This document shows positions 17,849 to 27,950 of a stretch of DNA of 42,722 nt, piece after piece. The position numbers and the translations under genes are program-made. The stretch is from a virus (taxonomy: Duplodnaviria; Caudoviricetes). The DNA lies in IMG/VR virus record IMGVR_UViG_3300020161_000877, positions 1 to 42,722 of that record, one strand, 5' to 3'. How positions within the stretch are numbered: position 1 is the first letter of the stretch; every line of letters begins with the position of its first letter. The notes under the pieces are model-generated. The model worked only from the letters and a program-made list of their open reading frames with translations. It made no database searches and was not told the origin of the DNA.

Positions 17849-18775
17849 TTATTTAATAAACCAAGTGTCTGCGGCAACCTTAATTAAGGTGCTAACGCCA
17901 TCAAGGAGCGTGTGATTCCCACCTGCCACTCCATTAAGAGAAGCACTACTCATAAAAGCAGTAACAGTAGAATTAGCAGGAGAACAAATAAAGAACCTTG
18001 TTCCAATCGGGAACGAATAAGTAGAATCCGAAGGAATGCTAATAGTGTAAAAAGAGGTCAGCACATGAAGAATACGACCATCAGTAGCACCAAGCGTCAT
18101 GGAACTACTAACAGTTGTAACATTTTCTTGAATTCCGTATGCACCTACTGATGTGCCTCCTCCAGAGCCGTTTTCCATACGCATGGTGTTCGCTGTAGAG
18201 TCGTATTTAAACGAGTAGTAGCCAGACCCCATCGAGTAACCATTAAAGTTACCAGTAAGGTCAATGTTAGTTACGGAAGGTGTGGCTGAAAACGAAGTCC
18301 AAGCCGCATTCTGTCTAGCGTACAGATTTCCATTTGAAGGAGCATCAGCAATGCCGCCTCCACCTGTGACAACAGCCCAAGCCGCATTCTTGCGGACATA
18401 CTCAGAGCCGTCAGAAGGAGCATCAACCAGATAAGAACCAATGGGCTGATAGGTGCTGGAGGCTGAAGCCGTAGTTAAATACCCGCTGATACTAGCACCA
18501 GCAGGGATGGTCACAACTCCTGTGAATGTCGGACTTGCTTTAGGGGCGTAAGTCGTGCTTGCAGAAGATGTGGTTAAGTACCCGTTGATTGACGCACCAG
18601 CAGGAATGGTCACAGTTCCTGTAAAGGTAGGGCTGGCCTTGGGTGCAAACCCCAAACTGACCCAAGTCTGCAAGGCTAAAGTACCAGCGTTTATTTCATC
18701 TATCTTTGCTTGAGTGACCTCATTGCCAATCTCAACGACATTGGCAGGAAGCCCTTGGCTAAGGTTTATCGACAT
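17849..18775 (-). CDS. Tail/head fibre protein with tandem foldon-like motifs
   Basis: Two APKASPTFTG.VTIPAGASI.GYLTT repeats and two DAPS.G..Y.R.NAAW motifs resembling the T4 fibritin foldon. Confidence 0.65.
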   Translation of the reverse strand: MSINLSQGLPANVVEIGNEVTQAKIDEINAGTLALQTWVSLGFAPKASPTFTGTVTIPAGASINGYLTTSSASTTYAPKASPTFTGVVTIPAGASISGYLTTASASSTYQPIGSYLVDAPSDGSEYVRKNAAWAVVTGGGGIADAPSNGNLYARQNAAWTSFSATPSVTNIDLTGNFNGYSMGSGYYSFKYDSTANTMRMENGSGGGTSVGAYGIQENVTTVSSSMTLGATDGRILHVLTSFYTISIPSDSTYSFPIGTRFFICSPANSTVTAFMSSASLNGVAGGNHTLLDGVSTLIKVAADTWFIK

Positions 18776-18778
18776 AAA

Positions 18779-19084
18779 TTAGACGCTTGCGTGGGCAAGG
18801 TGGATTAATGTTGAGGCGGCAGTGGCTCTGACACGGACAGTGCCATTGTAGTTGTCCAGCGATAGCGACCCCAACGGAGCGACCAAGATGCCAGCCGTGG
18901 CTGTGTCATCAAAGACGACCTCGATGTTGGCAGTCGTTGACTTGTTCTGAATTATGACAATAACTCGTCTGCTAGGAAGCGTAGGCGGTGTCAAAATAGT
19001 AGTATAGGCCGTTCCAATAGTTGAGTCGGCGTGTACAACTCTCCTAATAGCAGGAGTAGAAAATGAAACATATGAAGATGACAT
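18779..19084 (-). CDS. Small beta-rich virion protein
   Basis: 101 aa, all-beta pattern, coupled within the structural operon. Confidence 0.55.
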   Translation of the reverse strand: MSSSYVSFSTPAIRRVVHADSTIGTAYTTILTPPTLPSRRVIVIIQNKSTTANIEVVFDDTATAGILVAPLGSLSLDNYNGTVRVRATAASTLIHLAHASV

Positions 19085-19857
19085 TAGGTGTATGGGTTTG
19101 TAAAACGAATTTTAGATGATTGGTTCTGTTGTCTTGCGATTTTATCTGCCTCTATAGTAAGCATCTGGTTTGCCTTTGAGTCAAGTCCAGCGGCTTCTTG
19201 TAGTTGTCCTTCAGATACCAGCCAGTTTGCGGCGGCTCCCCAAGAACAGTAGTGTGCAAAAATGTAGGGTATTGATATTTTCTGCCACTTGGCTGGATGT
19301 GTAAGCGGAGTTTGTCCCGCAGGAACTACAACATCAAGAGCCGTGTAGAAATTACCAGAATGTGGTTTTCCAGAAACTGGAAGATATGTGCCTGTTCCAG
19401 AACCAGAGTCAAAGTAGACTTGAGCGTTTTGGTAATAAGGTATCGAGTCATCATATAATTCTCCTGTGAATACAGGGCATTTAGTCCTATAATGAAACCA
19501 TCCATTATCTAAGACCTTGCTCCTAATGATAACTTTTGCAGTAGTTCCGTCGTCATAAAGTTCATACAAACAGTCAGTTAACCTTGTGGTAGCCTGTGGG
19601 TGTTTGTTGAAAACGCCAAGTACCTCTCCAGCATCAGCAGGAAGCGTAAATGATATTACATTGTTAGCATCTATGCTTGTATTGAACTGTGCTATTCTGC
19701 AAATGTCGGGCCACTCATCCTGCTCCCACGCCTCTCTAAGCCGTGCAGTTATGAAATCTCTGAACTGTGCAAAGGTCTCATCCGTGATGTTATGCCTGTC
19801 ATTGCCACTGTATTGAATTGCTTCAAACAGTATCTGAGAAAAGTCTGCTGTACGCAT
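19084..19857 (-). CDS. Head-tail adaptor/tail tubular protein A-like
   Basis: 257 aa with helical N- and C-termini; position after the capsid genes; internal CBM5/12-like segment. Confidence 0.55.
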   Translation of the reverse strand: MRTADFSQILFEAIQYSGNDRHNITDETFAQFRDFITARLREAWEQDEWPDICRIAQFNTSIDANNVISFTLPADAGEVLGVFNKHPQATTRLTDCLYELYDDGTTAKVIIRSKVLDNGWFHYRTKCPVFTGELYDDSIPYYQNAQVYFDSGSGTGTYLPVSGKPHSGNFYTALDVVVPAGQTPLTHPAKWQKISIPYIFAHYCSWGAAANWLVSEGQLQEAAGLDSKANQMLTIEADKIARQQNQSSKIRFTNPYT

Positions 19858-20222
19858 TATACTTGGTAACCGTCTGCTGTGAAGATAGTTCCTTGAACTA
19901 CCGTCTTCTTACAATAATTGCGAACAGCGAGTTCGGGGTTGTCACGCAGGAATTCTCGCAGAAACTGCTTATCCTTCCAACATTCATATCCTAATCGCTG
20001 TCCCCAATAGTGATAGGCATCAGCAGGAATTTCAGCAACCTTCCTGCCTAAACCTTTGACATCGTTGGCCTCGTGGGTATGCCCAAAATAGCCAATCTTT
20101 TTCGCTTCTGCCCTAGCGATAGACTCCCGCATTCGCCAGCCGTTGACGAGTTCTCTTTCCATATCCTTGTGGAGATGGGCAGGGATTAACTCAACCAACG
20201 ACTGGACAAAAGGGTCAGCCAT
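19857..20222 (-). CDS. Hypothetical protein downstream of the capsid gene
   Basis: ATG 3 nt after the MCP stop; 121 aa containing VAEIPADAYHYW...WKDKQFLREFLRDNPE. Confidence 0.65.
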   Translation of the reverse strand: MADPFVQSLVELIPAHLHKDMERELVNGWRMRESIARAEAKKIGYFGHTHEANDVKGLGRKVAEIPADAYHYWGQRLGYECWKDKQFLREFLRDNPELAVRNYCKKTVVQGTIFTADGYQV

Positions 20223-20225
20223 CAA

Positions 20226-21257
20226 TTAGGAGGTGAAGTCGAACTTGGCGAGACCGAGGGGGTTCTTGACGATGCAAGTAGCGATAGCCTCGACCATTCG
20301 GGCAGGGCCACCACCGTTGTCCGTCAGTTCCTTGACCTGTGCGATGTTGCCACCGTAGCCAACGCCAACCAAGTCCCAATTCAGCAGGTAACCGCAGAAG
20401 TTGTTCTTAAGGAAGAGCGATGTGTGGATACGGATTGAGCCGAAGTCACCTTCAAAGACATCGATGCTGGACTTGTACACGCTCTGTTCCGATTCTCTGT
20501 TAAGAGTGCGGATGACTGAGGCCGTGCTAGTGTTGGCATTCTGTCTGGTTGTGTAGGTGAGGGCGGTGAACGCCTGTTTCAGTTTGTAGCCACCAAGGAG
20601 GTCAAACTCCTGTGTTCTACCAGTCTGTTCAAAGACGGAGGCCAGAATATTCTGGACAACGAGTTCGTCGAGGGCGGCAGTACCGACAGCCGAGATACTG
20701 GTGGTCGGAGTGCGGAAAGCAGACGGAACAGGGAGATAGGCATCACCTGTGAAGTCATTCTTAATCCACGAGTCGAGACCACGAGTAGCGTAGCCTTGGG
20801 AAGCACCATCGTCAGCCTTAGGAAGGTTAGCGGAGCAGATGGTCTTCTCCATCTTACGCTTCAGGGTTTCGGTAGCCTTGGCGACATTGTTCGACAGTTC
20901 TGAACGGACACCAGCAACCACAGCAATGTCAGTTGTCAGAGGAGACACACGAGTGCTTTCTCTGAAAATCTGGATGTGGTTGGACAGTTCGTAGCGGTAC
21001 TGGGTAGCACCATCCTTGACATAGTTCTTGATGCTTGCACCATTCGGGTCAACATCCGTACCGTCAACGATGCCAGCCTGTTCGGCTGAAACGGAGGGGA
21101 GGGAGTCAACCTGCCAACGGAACAGGGTGTTGCCAGGTTTAGCAACTTTCGGAGCCATTGAGGTGAACGGAGTGGATTTAGCATCCACGAGTGAGATGGT
21201 ATCAGCGAGGGCTTCCCGCTTACCAGAGACGATATTTCTTTCTGTAAGACTTGCCAT
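20226..21257 (-). CDS. Major capsid protein (HK97 fold, DUF5309/SU10-like)
   Basis: 343 aa; REAL.D.I..V....TPF.SM, FRWQVDSL, NHIQIF, ID.FEGDFGSI motifs; follows the scaffold gene. Confidence 0.85.
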   Translation of the reverse strand: MASLTERNIVSGKREALADTISLVDAKSTPFTSMAPKVAKPGNTLFRWQVDSLPSVSAEQAGIVDGTDVDPNGASIKNYVKDGATQYRYELSNHIQIFRESTRVSPLTTDIAVVAGVRSELSNNVAKATETLKRKMEKTICSANLPKADDGASQGYATRGLDSWIKNDFTGDAYLPVPSAFRTPTTSISAVGTAALDELVVQNILASVFEQTGRTQEFDLLGGYKLKQAFTALTYTTRQNANTSTASVIRTLNRESEQSVYKSSIDVFEGDFGSIRIHTSLFLKNNFCGYLLNWDLVGVGYGGNIAQVKELTDNGGGPARMVEAIATCIVKNPLGLAKFDFTS

Positions 21258-21269
21258 AGTAGTATAGGT

Positions 21270-22256
21270 TTAGTCGAGGAATTTGTCCATAACTCTTGCA
21301 AGGTCATCAGTTCTTCCTGTCTTGGAGAACTTGGCGAAAGCGTTCTGACTACGGACTTCCTCTTTTTTTGTAGTCGGGGCTACGCCGCTGGAACGAGGCT
21401 GAACAGGTGCTTTGACGATGGGCTTTTGACCAGCCATCGCCGCTTCTCGGGCTTTAACGCCTCTGATGTAGTCACCAATAACCATCTTGTAGTCTGGGAA
21501 TTTCTTGATGTTGGGGAACGCAGAGACAAACTGCTCTGCAATCTGACGCTCTTTAGCCGTCTTGTCCTTCCACCACGGATATTCCTTTGTTGCAATCTGG
21601 TCGATTTGGTCTCTTGCTTGGATATACTGGTAACGCTTTGGAAGACCTTCTTCAAGTGCCTTCATTGCATTCACCTTAATCTGCCTAATCTTGGCAGGGT
21701 CGTAGTATATTTCCTCGCCCTTCTCGTTAGTTTGCGTAAAACCTTCTGCGTTTTCCTCTGCCCAATTCCGAACCGACCTTGCTTGGGCAATCTCTGCCTC
21801 AATTTCTGCAATCGTGTTCAAGTTTGAGAAGGGTTCGTCAGATGTTTCTGGCTCTCTACGAGTAGGAGTAACATTTTTCAAAGCCTCGACTTCTTCTTTC
21901 AGTTTTTCGATTTCCGCTTCCGCTTCTTTTCGCTTTGCTGTCAGTTTGTCGATTCTCTTCTGAACGCCACGAGAAACTTCCTCTTGCTCTTCCTCGGACT
22001 GTGTATGAACCTCTTTGCCATCGTCATCAGTTTCAGTGTTCTCTGTGGACTCACCGTCTGACTGCTGGTCTTGTGGCTGATTACTATCGGCTTCGCCACC
22101 ATCCGTCTGTTCTTCAGCAACATCATCGAACAGAATTTTGTTTAACCTGCTGTTTATATCAGCAGATGTAGGATAGTTGCTATCCTGCGTACTGGTTTCG
22201 CTGTTGTCAGCGATGGGTGCGTCCGCTTCTCCATTTGTGGGGTCTATGTTATTCAT
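21270..22256 (-). CDS. Capsid scaffolding protein
   Basis: Acidic disordered N-terminus and GVQKRIDKLTAKRKEAE coiled coil; between portal and MCP. Start at MNNIDP (22256) preferred. Confidence 0.75.
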   Translation of the reverse strand: MNNIDPTNGEADAPIADNSETSTQDSNYPTSADINSRLNKILFDDVAEEQTDGGEADSNQPQDQQSDGESTENTETDDDGKEVHTQSEEEQEEVSRGVQKRIDKLTAKRKEAEAEIEKLKEEVEALKNVTPTRREPETSDEPFSNLNTIAEIEAEIAQARSVRNWAEENAEGFTQTNEKGEEIYYDPAKIRQIKVNAMKALEEGLPKRYQYIQARDQIDQIATKEYPWWKDKTAKERQIAEQFVSAFPNIKKFPDYKMVIGDYIRGVKAREAAMAGQKPIVKAPVQPRSSGVAPTTKKEEVRSQNAFAKFSKTGRTDDLARVMDKFLD

Positions 22257-22320
22257 TAGAGTAAGGTCTAAAGTGCCTTTTTTTTTGCAGGGTTTCTTAG
22301 CCACCCAGAAACTATATCCT

Positions 22321-22347
22321 ACTTTACACCCTTTTTACAGATGTCAA
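22321..22347 (-). promoter_or_regulatory. Candidate late promoter upstream of scaffold/capsid genes
   Basis: TTGACA (22347-22342), 15-bp spacer ending in TG, then TAAAGT, in one of the few intergenic gaps of the late operon. The spacer is non-canonical. Confidence 0.4.
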
Positions 22348-22358
22348 GAGAAAGTAAA

Positions 22359-22604
22359 TTATTCTGTTGTTAGGCCAGCCTTAATCCGAGCGGTCTTACG
22401 CTCTTCAAGCAACAAAGCCTTAAAATTATTAAGAGAGTCAGCACGACCACACTGATGTATACGATTTTCTCCAGTAAATTCTGGAGATATGGCTCTTTCA
22501 GTTTCGGCTTTTATGTTAAGGTCTAGTATGTAGATAATGTGTTCCCACAATCTATTGTTTTCGGAAAAACCAAAAACGCTAACATCGTAATCAGTATCCT
22601 TCAT
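22359..22604 (-). CDS. Small helical protein after the portal gene
   Basis: 81 aa starting MKDTDYDV, overlapping the portal 3' end; typical position in podovirus head modules. Confidence 0.6.
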   Translation of the reverse strand: MKDTDYDVSVFGFSENNRLWEHIIYILDLNIKAETERAISPEFTGENRIHQCGRADSLNNFKALLLEERKTARIKAGLTTE

Positions 22605-24777
22605 TTTGTGCTGGAGTTTGCTGTTCTTGTGCCATCTTCTCAGCAACTGGTGAAACACCAATTCTGCCTATTTGTTTGTTCTGCTGTTGCATTACAGACA
22701 TTTGGAGGTTCTTCACATAGTTCTGCAACAACATTGTAAACACAGGGTCGGCTTGCTGTGCCTGTTGAGCCTTCGGGTTCTTAGATATAATATCCTGCAG
22801 GTACATCATCTTAGTCTGTGCAGTTGGGTCGTTTTCAACATAACTTGCCTCGTTACCCAACATCATCATGCCTATTTCTGTCTGTACATCCTTATACAAC
22901 TTCTGACTGGCTGACGCTTGGTCAGTAACAACAGCCTTGGCGATGTCAGATGAGACAGCCTCAACGGACAACTTCACCATAGCGTTTCTATCGATTATGC
23001 CACCTGTATCCTGCGGAAGAATATACTGATTGATGGCCTGTAACTTCTCAAGCACAAGGTCGCTGTACAGGTTTCTGACATCAAACTTAACTTCAAAATC
23101 GTACTGGTTATTGATGTCTTCAATATTCTTTGGCGTTGGCAACCCGCAGATACGCTCAATCTCAACGCTATCCATATACTGCAGTGTCAACTGCAACATC
23201 TGTGTGTAAATCTCAGACCACGCAGTAAGCCAGTTATCAACAGAATTTTGTTGCAACATCTGAGACAGTGCAGGAGGTGTCTCTTCTCTGGTAAGGCCAA
23301 AGTAACCAGATGCATCTTTTTCAATCTGTGACACAACAAACTCTGCAATCTGTGGAGAACCCTTAGGCGGCTCCATCCACTTGAAGTCAGAGTTGACATC
23401 CGAAACAGGGAGTAACATCGCTGGCCCGATACGACCAGTACCTCCAACACGCCTCTTGTACATCAATGGCGGGACTGTTTCAAACGCAGTGCGGTCTCTC
23501 ATTGCATCCCTCTGTGCCTTCAATTCCGCTTGGTCGGTAGAAAGGATATCTGTGATACCACGGCTTTCATAGATGGCCTTTCTGATATACTCCCTGCGAA
23601 GCACTACAAATGGATACTTTCCGTGGGAGTACCCTAATTTTCCGTGCTTCAAATATGTCCTATCGCTGGCATTAGGAGAGAACACCGTGTAATAGACGCA
23701 CGGAACTCCATCCTCGTTTATCTGCCTGTAATAGGCGTAACAAATTTCAATAAGATTGTTAGTTCTAAGACGATAGTCTTGATTGAGCCTATTTGTAGGG
23801 ATTATGTTCGGGTCTCTGTACCAAGTAAACATACCCTTTGTTTTGATGGCCTCTTCTATACCTTCTGCATCCCACTCATCGTTCCTTTCCATAGCACGAA
23901 CCTCCAACTCTGTCATAAACACTTTTCGGAATACGACTCTGGCTTTCTGCAATTCTATGGTCTCTGGGGGGAATGTGATTTCATCGTACGGCTTGAGTGA
24001 TGTTACCTGCGGAAGATTTTTCAATACTGTCTCACTGTATATTTTTGTGTAGCCTTGCGTTCTCAAATCTACGACTATCTTTCTAACCTGTTTCTCACTA
24101 AAGTCTGGCTTGACGCTAGATATAATAGAGACAGCCAAATCCTCCTTTTCCTTGTCTATGACAAACTCCGCTATACCTGCCACAGGTGAGTTGGGATTTT
24201 GCTGTGACATTTCAGCCGCCAGATTAACCAAGTCAGAAAGAGTAAACTTTGTTTCCTGTATACCCATCTCCTGCTCCCAACCTATGTGAACCACGCCCCA
24301 TCCGTATTGATTGGTATACTGAGCAAACAGTTCTGCTTCCCTACGCATTTCCTGCTTCATTCTACCTGCAGTCACATACTCAAGCAGTGTAGACATAGAA
24401 CTGGCGTTCTGTCCGTCATCGATTGTTCTTCCGCTGACACCAAGTTTTGAACCCTTCAATGAATTCATCCAAAGAGCAACCTGTTCATTGATTACCCTAT
24501 CAATCAACCTAATTCTTGAGTCTGAAGCACCTTCAAACGGCAAAGCAGGGTCATCTTCATCCCGATTTTCGGAAAATTTTTTCCCGTCAGAAGTCTGTCC
24601 GTTCCATCTGCAAAAACGAATATCGTCATTGTCGTTCAGTTCTGTCGTATTAGCACCAAAAAGATAGGAACGACTAAGTTCCTTTACCAACTCTGGAACA
24701 TTGGGTTTTTCTGACTCAAGCAACAGCGGGTCTTGAGTTTCGCTTAATTCGTGGCTTAAACTTTCGTAATCGTCCAT
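22591..24777 (-). CDS. Portal protein (P22 gp1-like, long Gln-rich C-terminal barrel)
   Basis: 728 aa directly after TerL; PFEGASDSR, YGWGVVHIGW, YPFV..RRE...SRGI motifs. Confidence 0.85.
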   Translation of the reverse strand: MDDYESLSHELSETQDPLLLESEKPNVPELVKELSRSYLFGANTTELNDNDDIRFCRWNGQTSDGKKFSENRDEDDPALPFEGASDSRIRLIDRVINEQVALWMNSLKGSKLGVSGRTIDDGQNASSMSTLLEYVTAGRMKQEMRREAELFAQYTNQYGWGVVHIGWEQEMGIQETKFTLSDLVNLAAEMSQQNPNSPVAGIAEFVIDKEKEDLAVSIISSVKPDFSEKQVRKIVVDLRTQGYTKIYSETVLKNLPQVTSLKPYDEITFPPETIELQKARVVFRKVFMTELEVRAMERNDEWDAEGIEEAIKTKGMFTWYRDPNIIPTNRLNQDYRLRTNNLIEICYAYYRQINEDGVPCVYYTVFSPNASDRTYLKHGKLGYSHGKYPFVVLRREYIRKAIYESRGITDILSTDQAELKAQRDAMRDRTAFETVPPLMYKRRVGGTGRIGPAMLLPVSDVNSDFKWMEPPKGSPQIAEFVVSQIEKDASGYFGLTREETPPALSQMLQQNSVDNWLTAWSEIYTQMLQLTLQYMDSVEIERICGLPTPKNIEDINNQYDFEVKFDVRNLYSDLVLEKLQAINQYILPQDTGGIIDRNAMVKLSVEAVSSDIAKAVVTDQASASQKLYKDVQTEIGMMMLGNEASYVENDPTAQTKMMYLQDIISKNPKAQQAQQADPVFTMLLQNYVKNLQMSVMQQQNKQIGRIGVSPVAEKMAQEQQTPAQNEGY

Positions 24778-26393
24778 TAGTATGAGAAGGGAATATTGTT
24801 AGGTTGAGTTTTTGTATCTAAAAATTCTGGTTGCATTACAACCAAATACCGCAAGCAGTCAATTGGGTCTTTTGTAGAACCCTTGTCTCCATCTGCTCCT
24901 GTCCACTCTTTAAGGCAGTAAATCAGATTTTTGCAATTCTTTGATATATATAGTTTTGGCTGGTTTAACGGAGACACAGGTTGTGAGTAGTCGTACGCAA
25001 AAAGGTCATTTATAATAGCAACACCCTGTTCTATTGCAACACCAGCCGCTGGTGAAAAGAACATAGGTTCATCTCCACTATCAAGTAATTCGATTACTGA
25101 TGTTCCGCCATCTCTACCAACTGCCTGTGTAGCCCCAGCACGAGGGTCAATGTATCTGTCAACTATCTCTTCCTTTCCGTCAGACTCTAATTTTCTCATA
25201 AGTCGTTTATAATCATCTATTCCCATACCAGCACCGTTTCTTTGTGCCATACCTTCCTTGCCGTCTGGTTTTTCGCTTGGTAAAGCCCACTCACCATATG
25301 ATATGTCTGGAAATTCCCTATATATATACAAATTGCCGTCTTCACACTTCCTACCCCATAGCATAAACCAGTTTCTTGCACCAGCAGGGTCTGTTACCAT
25401 ATAATTAGAACCTTCTTCTGGTATGCAGGAATGGTCAACTATATGTATTTCTCCAAATCGTGGGAATTGAGTGCCTACAGTATTGTCAGCCCATCCGTAT
25501 GCTCTGATTTTTTTCTCGTACAGATTTTTTCCGTCCAAAGTCTTAACAAGTTCATCAAACGGATTATATGGGTTAAGTTGTGAGTGAAACCATATGACTG
25601 ACGCATTGCCTCTATGGGAATCTGCGGTAAACGGCATATGGCCTTTTGGAATTCCTCCTACATAGTTGATGTTGTCTTCAAGAATGCTGGCTTTTAGAGA
25701 TTTTTTGAACGAACATCCAGCCACAAAGTCTTTGACGACCTGTGAATAGCCAGCGATAGGAGTAAATGTTATGACAAGTTTGCCTCTTCTTGTGACAAGT
25801 CGATACCTCAAAGTCTCTACCCAGTCCATAGGCACAAGTTCATCGCACCATATAAGGTCGCACTCACCACCTTCAATGACATCACGCTTCTGTGCGTAAT
25901 TCATAAAGACACACTGAGAACCGTTTGGCAAAATAAACGACTCCTCTGAAAATCCGTTCTTCTGAGAATATGCTATATTGGTAACTTTGGTCTTTTTGCA
26001 ATTTTTTAATTCTGGAGGCATATACTTCCAGACTACATTCTGTTGCATCTGGATGCTGGATTTCTGAGTTGTATGCAGACACCAAACCATCGCCTTTTCT
26101 TTGCTAATAAGCGTCTGAATTACACGCTTTGCCATCCATTCCGTCTTTCCAGCACGATTTCCACCTAGAACTAGCAGTTCTTGTTTGTCCTTTATAAGCC
26201 CATCTGCCTCTTTCCAATGGTCTGGTTCAAAACCGTGACGATATGGGTCGAGTTGTTCTGCCAGTATTTTGTCTTCTCTTAGTTCAAGAATTTCTGCCGT
26301 CTTGTCTATACCAAGACGCTCCACCAGCATCTTGATGTCTGGCATCTTGATGACTGGATGTGGCGTAGGCTTGAAAGAAGAAAAGTCGCTCAC
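24777..26393 (-). CDS. terL: Terminase large subunit
   Basis: Walker A GGNRAGKT, Walker B LIWCDE, motif C ITFTP, nuclease residues VTDPA and KDPIDCLRY. Confidence 0.93.
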   Translation of the reverse strand: MSDFSSFKPTPHPVIKMPDIKMLVERLGIDKTAEILELREDKILAEQLDPYRHGFEPDHWKEADGLIKDKQELLVLGGNRAGKTEWMAKRVIQTLISKEKAMVWCLHTTQKSSIQMQQNVVWKYMPPELKNCKKTKVTNIAYSQKNGFSEESFILPNGSQCVFMNYAQKRDVIEGGECDLIWCDELVPMDWVETLRYRLVTRRGKLVITFTPIAGYSQVVKDFVAGCSFKKSLKASILEDNINYVGGIPKGHMPFTADSHRGNASVIWFHSQLNPYNPFDELVKTLDGKNLYEKKIRAYGWADNTVGTQFPRFGEIHIVDHSCIPEEGSNYMVTDPAGARNWFMLWGRKCEDGNLYIYREFPDISYGEWALPSEKPDGKEGMAQRNGAGMGIDDYKRLMRKLESDGKEEIVDRYIDPRAGATQAVGRDGGTSVIELLDSGDEPMFFSPAAGVAIEQGVAIINDLFAYDYSQPVSPLNQPKLYISKNCKNLIYCLKEWTGADGDKGSTKDPIDCLRYLVVMQPEFLDTKTQPNNIPFSY

Positions 26394-27430
26394 TTATCCA
26401 TTACGAATTGAGGCTCGCCGTTAGTGTAAACCCATCTTCCTCTGGACTGAAGGTCAGAACCTTTTCCAAGTTCTGCAACAGGGCCGATACCAGTAAATCT
26501 TGTGAACGGAACTCCAAGTTCGACAACAGTTTTAACTGGGTCGTTAATGGCGTTCATTGCGTAAGCACCAACACCAAGCGTCTTGACTGTAGGACTGACA
26601 TAAGGAGCAACCGCCCTAGCAGAAGTGCCAACCCAACTCGGTGTTTTGTCAGCGATGTAACCGCCAACGCTCTTCGTACCAGAGGCAAGACCTCTGAGAA
26701 GTCTTGCAGTTCTTCTTTCTGGGTCTGCTGGCAAATCAACAGCACTAACGCTTGTCGTTGGAAGTTCTCCTTTTGCGATATCAGCCGCTGACACGATAAA
26801 TGTCTGTCTTGTAGGCATCCCGCCGCTAAGTCTTTCGCCTTCCATAGTAGGAACAGTCTTTATGCCTCTAACCTCAAACAATGGAGTTGTCGCTCTTTGC
26901 TTAAAATTATCTGGCTGTGCCATCCAACTAGCCATATCTGACATCGTAATTTTCAAAGCCTGTTTCCACGGCGGCATACTTTCAGACATTCTTACAAGAC
27001 CTTCACCTGTACCACCAACAGGAACAACCATAGGAGGTCTGAACCTAGTAGTACCTGTACCCTTCTTGGTAGTTGCTGGCTCTGTATATTTACCGCCTTG
27101 ATTTATTCTGAACCCTTCTTTTTCAAACGGCTGTGTACCTACTGGTTGTCCTGTCTTTGCATTTCTAGCGGCTGGCTTTGTCAACTTTGTCATTACCTCC
27201 TCTTCTTTGGCAATAGCCTGTTTCACTGCTTTCAAATTGCTTAAATAGTTCGCTATTTGAACACCAGTATAAGTTGCGGCTATCCCTTTGGCAACAGTAG
27301 GAGGAAGCCAATAACCTCTATCCCATTCAGACTTAGCGGCAGAAATAGGGTTCTTTGTAGAAGTGTCAGCCTGTGACATCTCCTGCTTACCTTGAGCAAA
27401 AAGTTGATTTATATCATTTGTTTCGTCCAT
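26390..27430 (-). CDS. Hypothetical protein, 346 aa (possible internal virion protein)
   Basis: Coupled to terL; rich in T/P/G/A; no Cys. Confidence 0.6.
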   Translation of the reverse strand: MDETNDINQLFAQGKQEMSQADTSTKNPISAAKSEWDRGYWLPPTVAKGIAATYTGVQIANYLSNLKAVKQAIAKEEEVMTKLTKPAARNAKTGQPVGTQPFEKEGFRINQGGKYTEPATTKKGTGTTRFRPPMVVPVGGTGEGLVRMSESMPPWKQALKITMSDMASWMAQPDNFKQRATTPLFEVRGIKTVPTMEGERLSGGMPTRQTFIVSAADIAKGELPTTSVSAVDLPADPERRTARLLRGLASGTKSVGGYIADKTPSWVGTSARAVAPYVSPTVKTLGVGAYAMNAINDPVKTVVELGVPFTRFTGIGPVAELGKGSDLQSRGRWVYTNGEPQFVMDK

Positions 27431-27812
27431 AATTTTTTAGTCCTGTCCTATAGGCGTGAATTGTGTTTTCGCTAGGTGTGCATGGTTCAAGGTTAGAAAC
27501 GCAGTTGTTTTGTTTGTTTCCGTCTTTGTGGTTAATCTGCAACTCTGTAAGCGAATGTTCGTTCCAGTATATCAGTCCAAATGTAATAGCAACCAACTTG
27601 TGTGCATTTACGCTTACCCTAAACCCATCGTTGTATAACTTGAACTGCAAATACCCCTTGGTAGTTTCAGTAGGCTTGATAATCCTCTCAGAAAGGCTTC
27701 TGCCGTCACTTGTTACCTTGGGGCAAGCCCTTAGTCGTCCGTGGCTTGAAACCTCGTACAAGCCCTTGAATTGCTCGATTGGCACTGGCTTCCATTCTTC
27801 TTCCGTGTTCAT
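27414..27812 (-). CDS. NUMOD4-HNH endonuclease
   Basis: WKPV...YEVSSHGRLR (NUMOD4) and INHKDGNKQNNCVSNLE..T.SEN..H (HNH). Confidence 0.9.
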   Translation of the reverse strand: MNTEEEWKPVPIEQFKGLYEVSSHGRLRACPKVTSDGRSLSERIIKPTETTKGYLQFKLYNDGFRVSVNAHKLVAITFGLIYWNEHSLTELQINHKDGNKQNNCVSNLEPCTPSENTIHAYRTGLKNYGRNK

Positions 27813-27867
27813 TCCCTTTAATAAGGACTAACGCTATTAAAGCGAAAGCCGTTTGGCGTTAATAAGG

Positions 27868-27942
27868 TGGAGCCGCAGGTCGGATTTGAACCGACAACCA
27901 ACTGTTTACAAAACAGTCGTTCTACCATTGAACTACAACGGC
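27868..27942 (-). tRNA. tRNA-Thr(TGT)
   Basis: Cloverleaf GCCGTTG...ACTGT-TTTGTAA-ACAGT...GTCGG-TTCAAAT-CCGAC-CTGCGGC-T-CCA; CCA encoded. Confidence 0.93.
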
Positions 27943-27950
27943 GTTGTCTT

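Noticed and set aside
19857-21257. Stop-codon readthrough fusing the MCP to the in-frame downstream ORF
   Set aside because: The stop is TAA, the downstream ORF has its own ATG, and there is no suppressor tRNA or slippery site.
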